In this document: positions 55,680-64,000 of the stretch, one piece after another
Layout: each line of letters starts with the position of its first letter
Numbering within the stretch: the stretch's first letter is position 1
Assembly: GCA_046349135.1 (NCBI GenBank)
Contig: JAXMCY010000007.1
Span: 38,426 to 102,425 of the forward strand
From: Methylocystis sp.
GTDB taxonomy: Bacteria > Pseudomonadota > Alphaproteobacteria > Rhizobiales > Beijerinckiaceae
Direction: 5' to 3'
DNA length: 64,000 nt
Notes under the pieces: generated by a model
Databases searched by the model: none
The model's input: the letters and a program-made list of their open reading frames with translations, nothing else
Told to the model about the DNA's origin: nothing
Position numbers and translations under genes: made by a program

Positions 55680-57545
55680 CTAATGAGGTTGAGCGCTCTG
55701 CATCCACCAACTCTCCAAAGTGAACCCGAAGGGAAACATCGGAAAGAGCGGCGTATGGTCGCGATGGCGTATCGCGGCGCTGTGGGCGCACCAGATGGCG
55801 TTCGTATGCTGGAGAGGCACGAAATAGAATCCGGAAAGCAAGATGCGATCGAGCGCGCGCGCCGCCCAAATGCTATCTTCCCTGGAGTGCGCCGCCAGCA
55901 GATTGGCGATCGCGGCGTCGAGCGTGGGCGAGGCGGCGCCGGCGAGATTAACAGAGTTTTCCCGGTTGAGACTTTCGGTGCTCCACCGATTCAACTGCTC
56001 CTGACCGGGCACCGCGGCGGGCAGCCATTGCCCGATGATCATGTCATACTCGAAGCGCTGCCGCCGCCGCTCGTATTGGACTTCGTCGTATAAGCGCGGA
56101 TTGGCTTCGATCCCGATGCGTTTCAATGAAGCCGCGAAATTGAGCGCAAGCCGCTCCTCGTCGCGATCGCGAATCATGATCTCAAAAATGACGGGAACGC
56201 CATCCTTCTGGAGACGTCCGCCAACGAGGACGTAGCCGGCTTCGGCGAGAAGCGCCTGCGCGCGTTTCGCCACCATCCGATCGCGCCCGGAGCCGTCGTG
56301 CTGAACCGGTCGCCAGCGTCCTTCGAGAATGTCGTCGCGAACGACGCCGGGAAACTTCGCAAGAAAGGCGCGCTCGGCGTCGCTTGCCGGACGCCCGGTC
56401 GAGGCATAGTCCGACTCGCCGAAATAGCTTTCTGTCCGGATATAGAGTCCGCTGTAAAAATTGGCGTTGATCCATTCGAAGTCATACATCATGGCGATCG
56501 CTTCGCGCAGTCGCGCGTCGCGAAAGATCGGCTTGCGCAGATTAAAAACGAAGCCTTCCATTCCCGTTGGCCGGCCGGGCCGCAGGACTTCCTTCACGAT
56601 GGCGCCGCTACGAACGGCGGGGAAATCATAGCCGGACGACCAACGCGCGGCGCTCGTTTCCTCGCGATAGTCGATCAGTCCGGCTTTCAGCGCCTCGAAC
56701 AGCGCCGCGCCGTCACGGTAATAGTCAACGACGACTTCATCGAAATTATAGAGTCCCTTTTGACTGGGAATGTCGCGGCCCCAATAGTCAGGGTCGCGGC
56801 GCAGAGCCAGGCGCTCTCCAACTTTAGCTTCGGAAATCCGATAAGGGCCAGAACCAAGCGGGATCGTCATGTCGGGAGCATCAAAGCGCTCAACATTGAC
56901 GGCTTTCTTCGACAGAATCGGCATGTCGGCGAGAACGAGCGGCGCTTCGCGATCCTTCACGCCGGTCAGGTCGAAACGCACCGTATGATCGTCGAGAGCT
57001 ACGGCGGATTTCACGAGCGCGAAAGTCGCGCGATGTTTCGGCCGGCCTTTCGACTTCAGCAGCTCGAAGGAAAAAAGTACGTCTGATGCGAGGATCGGCG
57101 TCTTGTCGGAAAATCGCGCCCGCGGTTCGATGTGAAATGTGACATGCTCGCGGGCGTCGTCGATATCGACAGACCGCGCGATCAGCGGATAAAGCGAATA
57201 GGCTTCGTCCTGCGACCGCGTCATCAGGCTCTCGACCACATTGCCGATGATGAGCTGCGGCGCGTCGCCGAATCTGGAGTTGAACGGGTTGAGACTCGTG
57301 AATCCGCCGGGTCGGCCGAGGTGCAGCGCGCCGCCTTTTGGCGCATCCGGATTTGCGTAAGGAAAATGATCGAAATCCTTCGGCAGCGCAGGTTCGCCGT
57401 AGAGCGCGAGTCCATGCGCGTCGCGCGCCACTGAAGGATTTTCCGCAAGCGCTGAAACGGGCGGCAGGACCGCGACGACGCAGACGAGCGTCGCCATGCC
57501 CGCTGTGGCGATCATGCGCCCAATTGCCTGCCCAGCGCGAAGCAT
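55680..57545 (-). CDS. Peptide ABC transporter substrate-binding protein (YejA-like, family 5)
   Basis: HFPYANPDAPKGG, PLGSGPY, YNFDEV, FDFEW-like YDFEWIN, ALDRILL. Confidence 0.85.
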   Translation of the reverse strand: MLRAGQAIGRMIATAGMATLVCVVAVLPPVSALAENPSVARDAHGLALYGEPALPKDFDHFPYANPDAPKGGALHLGRPGGFTSLNPFNSRFGDAPQLIIGNVVESLMTRSQDEAYSLYPLIARSVDIDDAREHVTFHIEPRARFSDKTPILASDVLFSFELLKSKGRPKHRATFALVKSAVALDDHTVRFDLTGVKDREAPLVLADMPILSKKAVNVERFDAPDMTIPLGSGPYRISEAKVGERLALRRDPDYWGRDIPSQKGLYNFDEVVVDYYRDGAALFEALKAGLIDYREETSAARWSSGYDFPAVRSGAIVKEVLRPGRPTGMEGFVFNLRKPIFRDARLREAIAMMYDFEWINANFYSGLYIRTESYFGESDYASTGRPASDAERAFLAKFPGVVRDDILEGRWRPVQHDGSGRDRMVAKRAQALLAEAGYVLVGGRLQKDGVPVIFEIMIRDRDEERLALNFAASLKRIGIEANPRLYDEVQYERRRQRFEYDMIIGQWLPAAVPGQEQLNRWSTESLNRENSVNLAGAASPTLDAAIANLLAAHSREDSIWAARALDRILLSGFYFVPLQHTNAIWCAHSAAIRHRDHTPLFPMFPFGFTLESWWMQSAQPH

Positions 57546-57709
57546 TGCACGGCCTCCTATCCGAAATTGGCGGACTGAACCTATCCGCCCAGGCAATTCC
57601 AATTCGAAATTTCGCCGGTCTCTATTGCCGCATCAAGCGGCGCAGTCCGTTAAAAAATACCGCAGCTATGCGCGTTATCGAAGCTTCGCCCTAAGAACGC
57701 TCGTCTTAC

Positions 57710-57740
57710 AGGCGCCGCCCCAAAGATGGGGGCGACGCCC
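57710..57740. terminator. GC-rich hairpin after the TonB receptor gene
   Basis: GGCGCCGCCCC-loop-GGGGCGACGCC; no clear U-tract. Confidence 0.45.
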
Positions 57741-57747
57741 TATCGCC

Positions 57748-60192
57748 TCAGAACCTGAGTTTGATGCCGGCGGTATAACCGATTGGCTGGCCGGCTCTGA
57801 TGCCCGCGCCCTGCGCCAGCACCAGACCGCCGGTCGGCCAGACGACCGGCGTTTGAAACGGGGTGCCTGTGATCAGCGTGTTGCCGAGCGCCTGCGCGCC
57901 GGCGACGTAAGTCCGGTTGAAGACGTTCTGGACATCGAAATAGAGCTCGATGTTCTTGATATAGAAATCTGTCAGGTCGTGGTTATAGTGAGCGTTGAGA
58001 TTGACGATGCTGTAGCTGGGAACGGTCGTGTAATTGGCGTTGTCGATCGTATAGTTGCTCTTGAAGACATATTCGACATAGGCGCCGAGACCGGCGAGAT
58101 CGCCGGTGGGCTGATCATAGCCGTAGCGCATCGTCACCGTATGGGGCGGCACATTGGGAATTCTGTTGCCCGAGCGATTGTAGACAGCAGGAGCGCCGCC
58201 GGCCAGCTGAGTAAAAAACGGCGGACCCAAGTTAACCGCCCCGAGATCGTCCCAAAAATTGGTGAAGATCTGATTGTTGAACGTATAGGCGGCGATCAGC
58301 CGCCATCCCTCAAACGGCCGCCAATCGGCGTTGAGTTCGACGCCGCGATGGAGCGAGGCGGGAATGTTCTGCTGATAGGAGACAAGCGCGTTGTTCAACG
58401 TCAAAATTTCATTACGGTGCCATTCGTTGAAGCCGGTCACGCTGACGGTGAGATCGGGGCTCGGCGTCCAGTCGATCCCGAGATCGACGCCCATGTTGGT
58501 CTGGGCCTTGAGCGGATTTTGTCCGACGCCGCTTCGCGTATTGGTGAGGAAGACGAATGTCGGCGTGCTGTAGCCGGTCGCATAGCGCGCCCGCACTTGC
58601 CACTCGGGGCTGTAGCGATAGGTGAGCGAGGCTTCCGGCGCCGTGTTCCAATAGTCATTGTCGACGGCGACTTGCGTCGGAAATCTGGGCGCAAAATTGG
58701 CGGTATAGTTATAGGCGGTGAAGACGCCCCAGACTCTGTTCCAGTTCGTGCTGAAGCCGATGACGCCGGTCAGGCCCGGCGCGAGCGCAATCTCTTCGCG
58801 CGCACGCAGACTGATGTTCGACGTGTAGGAATCGATCTTGCCGACCTGCGCGCCAATCGCGCCGCTATACCATCTATTGGCGATCTGGTTGAATAGCGGA
58901 TTGGCGGTTTTGGCGTTGTTATAGAAGAATTGCAGAAAATGCGTCGCCGGGAATCCGAAGATCGGCGTGTGACTGGTGATGTCGGTCTGCGCGGTGATGC
59001 CCACCGTCGGACCCCTGATGCCCACTGGGCCGCCCTGTCCGGCCGGGCCCAAAATCGGCGGCGGCCAGGTGCCATTGAGAAAGTCGAAATAGTCGTAGGT
59101 GAATTGCGTCCGCCACGTCGTGTCCTTGTCAAAATCATGTTCGTATTGAATGCCGCCGATCTGTCTCAGCGTATTCGAGTGCGTGCCGAGCTGCCAGACG
59201 CTTTGGCGCACGACGGGGCTAGAGATGCCATTCACCGGCACGTTCAGATTGTTGCACAAGTTGGCGTTCCAAACGGTCGGGATGGCGCAGCCTTCTTGAA
59301 AGGGATTGAGATAGAACACCCCTAAATTATTTCGGTTGAGGAACTCCGATCTCAAATTGTTGGCGATATATTTCACGGTGACTCGATCGGTAGGAGTCAC
59401 CTCCCATCTGCCGAGAAACTTGCCCTGTTTGCCTGAGAAAGAATTGCGTGCCCAGCCGGTGCTATTGGCGTCGGAGGCGAAAAACGCCAGATCGAAGCCG
59501 CCGAGCGTGCTGTCCTTCACCGCCTTGCCGACGCGGACGTAATTGTTGACATAGCCGAAGCTGCCGAATTCCGACCCGGTGTGGACGCCGTCGATTTCGG
59601 CGCCGGTGAAGGTGCGGAAATTGATCGCGCCGCCATAGGCGTAGTTGCCGAAAAGCGCGGATGAGGGGCCGCGATAGACGTCGACCGCGGCGTAGGAATG
59701 CGGATCGAGCAGGTCGGTGCGGCCATTGCCGTCGGCCGTCATGATCGGAAAGCCGTCTTCCCACAGCATGATGTTGCGGACGCCCGTTGGAAACCCGGCG
59801 CCGAGCCGGTTGCCGGAGCCGCGGATCGAAATCTGCAGATCGCGCACGCCGTCGCCCTGCTGTATGGAGACGCCGGGGCTGTATTCCAACACCCGCCGGA
59901 CATCCGGCAAGGGCGTCGGCCTTAAGAACTTGGTGTTGATGAGCGTGACCGTCTCGCCCGGCGGGTCCCGGTAGATCGGCAGCTTGGCGCGGGCGGCGCT
60001 AAAGCCCGGCGCGATTCCTTCTTCGCCCGCCGTCGACTCTCTTACGGCGGGAGTCGCGACCGGCGGCGGCCGCCGCGCGGCGCCGATGGTGATCTGCGGC
60101 AGCGCCTGCTGCGCTTGCGCGACAGACGCGCAGGACAAAAGCGCGAGAGCGCCCAGCCCCACGCCATGCATCAATTTCGATTGGAGCCGCAT
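57748..60192 (-). CDS. TonB-dependent receptor (in the mbnPH operon)
   Basis: Signal peptide, plug motifs (SPGV, ISIRGSG, EDGFP, YRGPSSALFG..GGAINF), VQNVFNRTY, C-terminal Phe. Confidence 0.92.
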   Translation of the reverse strand: MRLQSKLMHGVGLGALALLSCASVAQAQQALPQITIGAARRPPPVATPAVRESTAGEEGIAPGFSAARAKLPIYRDPPGETVTLINTKFLRPTPLPDVRRVLEYSPGVSIQQGDGVRDLQISIRGSGNRLGAGFPTGVRNIMLWEDGFPIMTADGNGRTDLLDPHSYAAVDVYRGPSSALFGNYAYGGAINFRTFTGAEIDGVHTGSEFGSFGYVNNYVRVGKAVKDSTLGGFDLAFFASDANSTGWARNSFSGKQGKFLGRWEVTPTDRVTVKYIANNLRSEFLNRNNLGVFYLNPFQEGCAIPTVWNANLCNNLNVPVNGISSPVVRQSVWQLGTHSNTLRQIGGIQYEHDFDKDTTWRTQFTYDYFDFLNGTWPPPILGPAGQGGPVGIRGPTVGITAQTDITSHTPIFGFPATHFLQFFYNNAKTANPLFNQIANRWYSGAIGAQVGKIDSYTSNISLRAREEIALAPGLTGVIGFSTNWNRVWGVFTAYNYTANFAPRFPTQVAVDNDYWNTAPEASLTYRYSPEWQVRARYATGYSTPTFVFLTNTRSGVGQNPLKAQTNMGVDLGIDWTPSPDLTVSVTGFNEWHRNEILTLNNALVSYQQNIPASLHRGVELNADWRPFEGWRLIAAYTFNNQIFTNFWDDLGAVNLGPPFFTQLAGGAPAVYNRSGNRIPNVPPHTVTMRYGYDQPTGDLAGLGAYVEYVFKSNYTIDNANYTTVPSYSIVNLNAHYNHDLTDFYIKNIELYFDVQNVFNRTYVAGAQALGNTLITGTPFQTPVVWPTGGLVLAQGAGIRAGQPIGYTAGIKLRF

Positions 60193-60223
60193 CGTCTTAT
60201 CTTTCCTAATTCGAGGTTGAATC

Positions 60224-61402
60224 TCACTGAGTAGGCGCACGCGTTGATCCGCTCGCGGTCGACGCCGGTTTCCACGGGTCGGCGAAGCGGGGGGAGGTCA
60301 GCAAAGAGTCGTCGGTCAGCGTTTTCAGGAAGGCGATCAGATCGCTCTTTTCCTGAGGCGTGAGATCGATCGGAACGATCAGCGCGCTCTTGTTCGGATT
60401 GTAGCGGCCGTCGCCCTTCAACGGACCGCTGGCGACGTTGCGCCCGCCGGCCGCGTAAATGTCGATCACGTCCTCGAGCGTCGCGACGCTGCCGTCATGC
60501 ATATAGGGGGCGGTGACGGCGATGTTGCGCAGGCTCGGCGCGCGAAACGCGCCCATCTCGGCCGGGTTGTGGGTATTCTCGAACACGCCGCGATTGGGCT
60601 CCGGATAGGCGCCCTTGCCGTCGAGATCATAAAGCCCGGTATTGTGAAACGGCGTTTCGATCTCGCGGGTTTTCGCGTGATAGAACTGATCGTCGAAATT
60701 CACGCTGCCATGGCAGTGATGGCATTCAGCCTTCTCGCCGAAAAAGAGGTCCTTGCCGCGCGTCTCCTCGGGGGTGAGCGTCGCCTTGCCGAGAAGATAG
60801 AGATCATATTTCGAGGCGGCCGAGACGATGCCGCGCTCGAAGGCGGAGATCGCCTTGATGATATTGCCGAAGCTGATCGGGTCAGCTTCGCCCGGAAAGG
60901 CGGCGGCGAAATCGCGGCGATAGTCCGCGTCGCCGGAAAAGCGCGCAAGTATCTCTTTGCGGTTCTTGTCATTGACGCCCATTTCGATCGGCTCTTCGCC
61001 AAAGAGCGGACCTTCCATCTGCCGTTCCAGCGTCACCATCGCCGGATTGGCCCAGGTCAGCGTCGCCCGCCAGGCGGCGTTGGCGACGCTCGGCGAATTG
61101 CGCGGCGTGTGCTGGCCCGTGGCGCCGACGCCGACCGGCCTGCCGTCGGTGAAGGCGAGGCGCTGCTCATGGCAGGAGGCGCAGCTCTCCTTGCCGTTGC
61201 CCGAGAGGCGCATATCGTAGAAGAGCTTGCGCCCGAGCTGGAAGCGCGCCTCCGACATCGCATTGTCGGCGGGCACCCGCGGCGGCGGCATGAACTCCGG
61301 CAAGGCCCAGCGCCATGAATCCGCGCTCTGGCCGGGTTCGCCTTGCGCGGCGCCGGCGATCGCAAGCGCGGCGACGAGCGGCAGGAGCGTTCCGCGCTTC
61401 AT
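60224..61402 (-). CDS. mbnH: MbnH-family dihaem enzyme
   Basis: W.LP..MPPPRVPADN, CASCH, LTWANP, CHHCHG, FHNTGLY, FRAPSLRNIAVTAPYMHDGS; coupled to mbnP. Confidence 0.88.
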   Translation of the reverse strand: MKRGTLLPLVAALAIAGAAQGEPGQSADSWRWALPEFMPPPRVPADNAMSEARFQLGRKLFYDMRLSGNGKESCASCHEQRLAFTDGRPVGVGATGQHTPRNSPSVANAAWRATLTWANPAMVTLERQMEGPLFGEEPIEMGVNDKNRKEILARFSGDADYRRDFAAAFPGEADPISFGNIIKAISAFERGIVSAASKYDLYLLGKATLTPEETRGKDLFFGEKAECHHCHGSVNFDDQFYHAKTREIETPFHNTGLYDLDGKGAYPEPNRGVFENTHNPAEMGAFRAPSLRNIAVTAPYMHDGSVATLEDVIDIYAAGGRNVASGPLKGDGRYNPNKSALIVPIDLTPQEKSDLIAFLKTLTDDSLLTSPRFADPWKPASTASGSTRAPTQ

Positions 61403-62478
61403 TTCGCCGGCTCCACGCGGAAGATTTTGGTCGGCCCGCCCGCGGACTGGCCGGCGTCATTGGCGTCCGGCGCGGTTTCCTTGAGCCGCAGCCCGAGATT
61501 GTCGAACATCGGCGCGCATTCGGGATCGGCCGGACCGCTCATGCAGCCGGTCGAGAATCCCTTGTCCTTGCCAAGATCGATGCCGGCGAAGAGCTGCTTC
61601 AGGTCGAGCACGACGCGCTGGCGCACGGAATCGAACGCAGCCAGCTTGACCGGAATGCGATTGGGATTGGCGCAGGAGGTGATTTCGCCCTTGACCGCGT
61701 CGCCGCGGCAGCCGGTCGAGCCAAGATGCAGCATCCAGGTCGCGACGGTGATCGTGCCGTCCTCATTGACGCGTAGCGGCGCCGCCTTGGGCGCGTCGGC
61801 CATCGCCGGCGCGCCGCCGTCGGATTTGTCTCCGGACTTGTCGCCTTGCGCGCCGGCGCCGGTCGCGGCGTCCGCCGGGCTTTTCGGCTTGAGCGGCGGA
61901 CGGGTCACGCCGCCCTCGGGATCGACCTCGATCTTGATGAACTTGCGGCCCGCCTGCCAATTCCAGGTCATCGACTGCAGATCGAGCGGCGCGGGCGCCG
62001 TGGCGAAATTCGAGTGATTGAGGACGACGTCCTTTCCGTCCTTGTCCCGAACGAGGCTGGGAACGCCGACGACGAAGCTCAATCCCTTGTAGCGGCCGCG
62101 CGGGACCGACCCTTTGATCGTGTCGTTCAAATCGGCGGTGCCGGCGCATTTGCCGGTCTTGTTCTCGAAATCAAGCAAAGCGAGATTGGCGTATTGCCAA
62201 TCATTCTGCTCCAGCTCGATCGGCACTTCACGGCCGGCGGCGTCGATCAGCGCCGGCGCCGAAACATAGAAGCGCGCATCGTGGAGCTGGGCCGGCTGAC
62301 CGCCGGTTCCGAGCCCGGCGATGTCCCGCCCGCAGTCGACCGGCTGGTCGCCCGCCGCCAGCGCAAAGCGGATCGCAACCGGCTGCCTGTCGCCCGCATC
62401 CGGCTTGCTCGCGGCTTGCGCGACGCCGATCGCCGCAAGACCGCTGACCGCGATGGCAAATCGGTTGAATACGCTCAT
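61399..62478 (-). CDS. mbnP: MbnP-family copper-binding protein
   Basis: DARFYVS, LALLDFE, LNH, WxW motif MTWNWQAGRKF, HLGSTGC, CANPNR, GCMS. Confidence 0.88.
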   Translation of the reverse strand: MSVFNRFAIAVSGLAAIGVAQAASKPDAGDRQPVAIRFALAAGDQPVDCGRDIAGLGTGGQPAQLHDARFYVSAPALIDAAGREVPIELEQNDWQYANLALLDFENKTGKCAGTADLNDTIKGSVPRGRYKGLSFVVGVPSLVRDKDGKDVVLNHSNFATAPAPLDLQSMTWNWQAGRKFIKIEVDPEGGVTRPPLKPKSPADAATGAGAQGDKSGDKSDGGAPAMADAPKAAPLRVNEDGTITVATWMLHLGSTGCRGDAVKGEITSCANPNRIPVKLAAFDSVRQRVVLDLKQLFAGIDLGKDKGFSTGCMSGPADPECAPMFDNLGLRLKETAPDANDAGQSAGGPTKIFRVEPAK

Positions 62479-62630
62479 GATTCCTCTCCTCGACCACCAG
62501 TGCTGAGTCTTGTCTTGGACGTCCGCGCAAACGGCCACGATCCGCGGCGTCAGAACGCGCGCACAACGATTAGGCTTGAGGAAATGGCGAGGGAGCCTAA
62601 GCCCCAGCGGCCAACCGTTAACGCGCTTCT

Positions 62631-63041
62631 TTAGGAAAGAAGCGACGGCGGCGCGCGTGAGAGCCTATTGAATGGCCACTGAGCCGTTGGCGGCCCGGGA
62701 TCGCGGTGTTCAATCCAGAATGAAGGATCGTCAGACCGCGGCGTGAGTACGAGAACCACGACGGACAATAGAAGATTTGAACTTGGATCCGCGCCTTGCT
62801 CGGTCAGAAGGCAAGCCAGGCAGTGCTGTTGGACCTGCGGCGCCTGGCCGTCGCCGTCGCTCTTATTGGCGCAGAGGTCGTTCGAAAAAGTCGCTGCGGC
62901 GCTGATGAAGGCTCCGGAATCGTCGCTGTGATGACTCCTAGAAAAAACAACCGCCAAAGCTTGCTGGAACAGCAGACAAGCGACGACCGACGCCACCAAT
63001 GGACGTATAAATCGCCTAATTTTTTGCCTGTGCCGCCGCAT
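62631..63041 (-). CDS. DUF2946-like leader protein (CruR/CutF type); start could be 63059
   Basis: Basic N-region plus hydrophobic segment, DLC, HCLAC, C-terminal SRAPP four codons before the stop; first ORF of the mbnPH operon. Confidence 0.75.
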   Translation of the reverse strand: MRRHRQKIRRFIRPLVASVVACLLFQQALAVVFSRSHHSDDSGAFISAAATFSNDLCANKSDGDGQAPQVQQHCLACLLTEQGADPSSNLLLSVVVLVLTPRSDDPSFWIEHRDPGPPTAQWPFNRLSRAPPSLLS

Positions 63042-63400
63042 AGTGAATTTTGGGTGCACAGCAATTCGCTTGTCAATGAAGTTTAATCTCGCAAAAGCGC
63101 ATTATTTGTAGTTGTTGCGCTTCCGCCACACTTGGTCTTCGCAATAGATTCGTCCCTGGACGAAGACTTCGACGCGCGTCGAAATGGTCGGCGCCACCGC
63201 TGATGGGGGGCTTTGATGCGTCTAGCGATCGTTAAGAGAGGGAGCGCCGACAGTTTGATTGTCGACGGGAGCTCCTTCGCGATCAATACGTATTGTCCGT
63301 CGTCGAATGATTTGAGACAGGGGGCGTCGTGATTTAACGGAGGACGCGGCTTTTCATGCCTATGATCTGAGCCTACCGTAGGCAAGGGTTGGCGGCATCC

Positions 63401-63857
63401 ATGCTCGTTCGGGTTGTCCTGTTACTGGCGACATTACTGCAAGCGGCGGTCGTTTCGACCGGCGCGGCGCGCTCGCTCTCAGTATCCGACGTTTGCCGCG
63501 TCCCTCTGCAAGGCCGACGCCAATCCGGCGGCGCCTTATTCGCAGTCGAGCGCAACGGCGCGTGCGCCGACTGCCTCGCGTGTTGTAACTCACCCGCCCG
63601 TCGTCTCTATATTTGACGAGGTTTCATACTTAGCCCGTTCCAAAGGCCGAATTGTCATTTCTGCCTCTGCAGCTTTTCTGGCGCCCCCGAAGCATCCGGA
63701 AACGCCGCCGGCGCGCGCCCCTCCGCCTAACGCCAAGCGACGCGATTCGGCAGCGAACCGTCGCGGACCATCAACAAACGCACGTCGCCAAAGGCCTCGA
63801 CGCCGTTCGCGATCGATGCGTGTTCATTGGCGGCGCGCTTGGGAGGAGATGCGCTGA
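63401..63857 (+). CDS. Second DUF2946-like leader protein, frameshifted in this sequence
   Basis: Frame A: MLVRVVLLLATLLQAAV and CADCLACC; frame B: SLCKAD and PPARAPP; TGATG overlap with the next gene. Confidence 0.55.
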
Positions 63858-64000
63858 TGCTCAAGTCTCATAAGACGATCGACCGGCTGTTTAGAAGTCA
63901 TCACCGCGATCTGATCACTCGGGCGCGCCGCGTCATCGGCTCTGACGACGCCGAAGACATGGTCCAGGAAGCCTATCTCAAAATGCTCGAAAGCGACCGT
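63857..64000 (+). CDS. ECF RNA polymerase sigma factor (FecI-like), runs off the window
   Basis: GGGAGGAG RBS; MLKSHKTIDRLFRSHHRDL..ARRVIGSDDAEDMVQEAYLKM matches sigma region 2. Confidence 0.8.
   Translation, partial: MLKSHKTIDRLFRSHHRDLITRARRVIGSDDAEDMVQEAYLKMLESDR

Noticed and set aside
57496-58896. 466-aa plus-strand ORF
   Set aside because: Antisense shadow of the TonB receptor; long shadow ORFs are expected with strong GC3 bias
63083-63385. 100-aa minus-strand ORF between the two leader genes
   Set aside because: No recognisable motif and lower GC; more likely the divergent promoter region
62480-63400. Methanobactin precursor mbnA near mbnPH
   Set aside because: No short ORF with an MbnA-type leader and Cys-rich core was found by eye, and mbnB/mbnC are absent

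Overview
High-GC alphaproteobacterial chromosome segment. Gene content and style (mbnP-mbnH with a TonB-dependent receptor, SmbP, Rhizobiales-type intergenic palindromes) best fit a Methylocystis-like methanotroph; this assignment is inferred, not shown. In order: mmsA/mmsB, a DUF4331 gene, a DUF992 gene, an EmrAB-type efflux pair, a DUF3309 gene, a cupin, a Ca2+/H+ antiporter and ppsA; two orphan proteins; a rhamnan/capsule locus (rmlBCDA, an RgpF+WsaF-like glycosyltransferase, kpsT, two kpsE-like genes, a GT2); rimP-nusA-ylxR-infB-rbfA-truB; a Phd-VapC module, murI, smbP and a MauG/BthA-like dihaem enzyme; folE, leuB, secG with a long repeat tail, pyrG; cobS/cobT, a J-domain gene and bolA; serC and serA with a vapBC module between them; an L,D-transpeptidase, a DUF971 gene and a YejA-like binding protein. 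The last ~6.3 kb is the most interesting part: two divergent DUF2946-like (CruR/CutF-type) leader ORFs, each with a signal-like N-terminus, CxxC and a RAPP motif. One precedes mbnP-mbnH-TonB receptor; the other precedes an ECF sigma factor. Visible base-pairing could mask each downstream Shine-Dalgarno. Many frameshifts in essential genes (nusA, infB, rbfA, leuB, cobT) point to indel errors in the assembly. No rRNA, tRNA, CRISPR array or transposase was seen.
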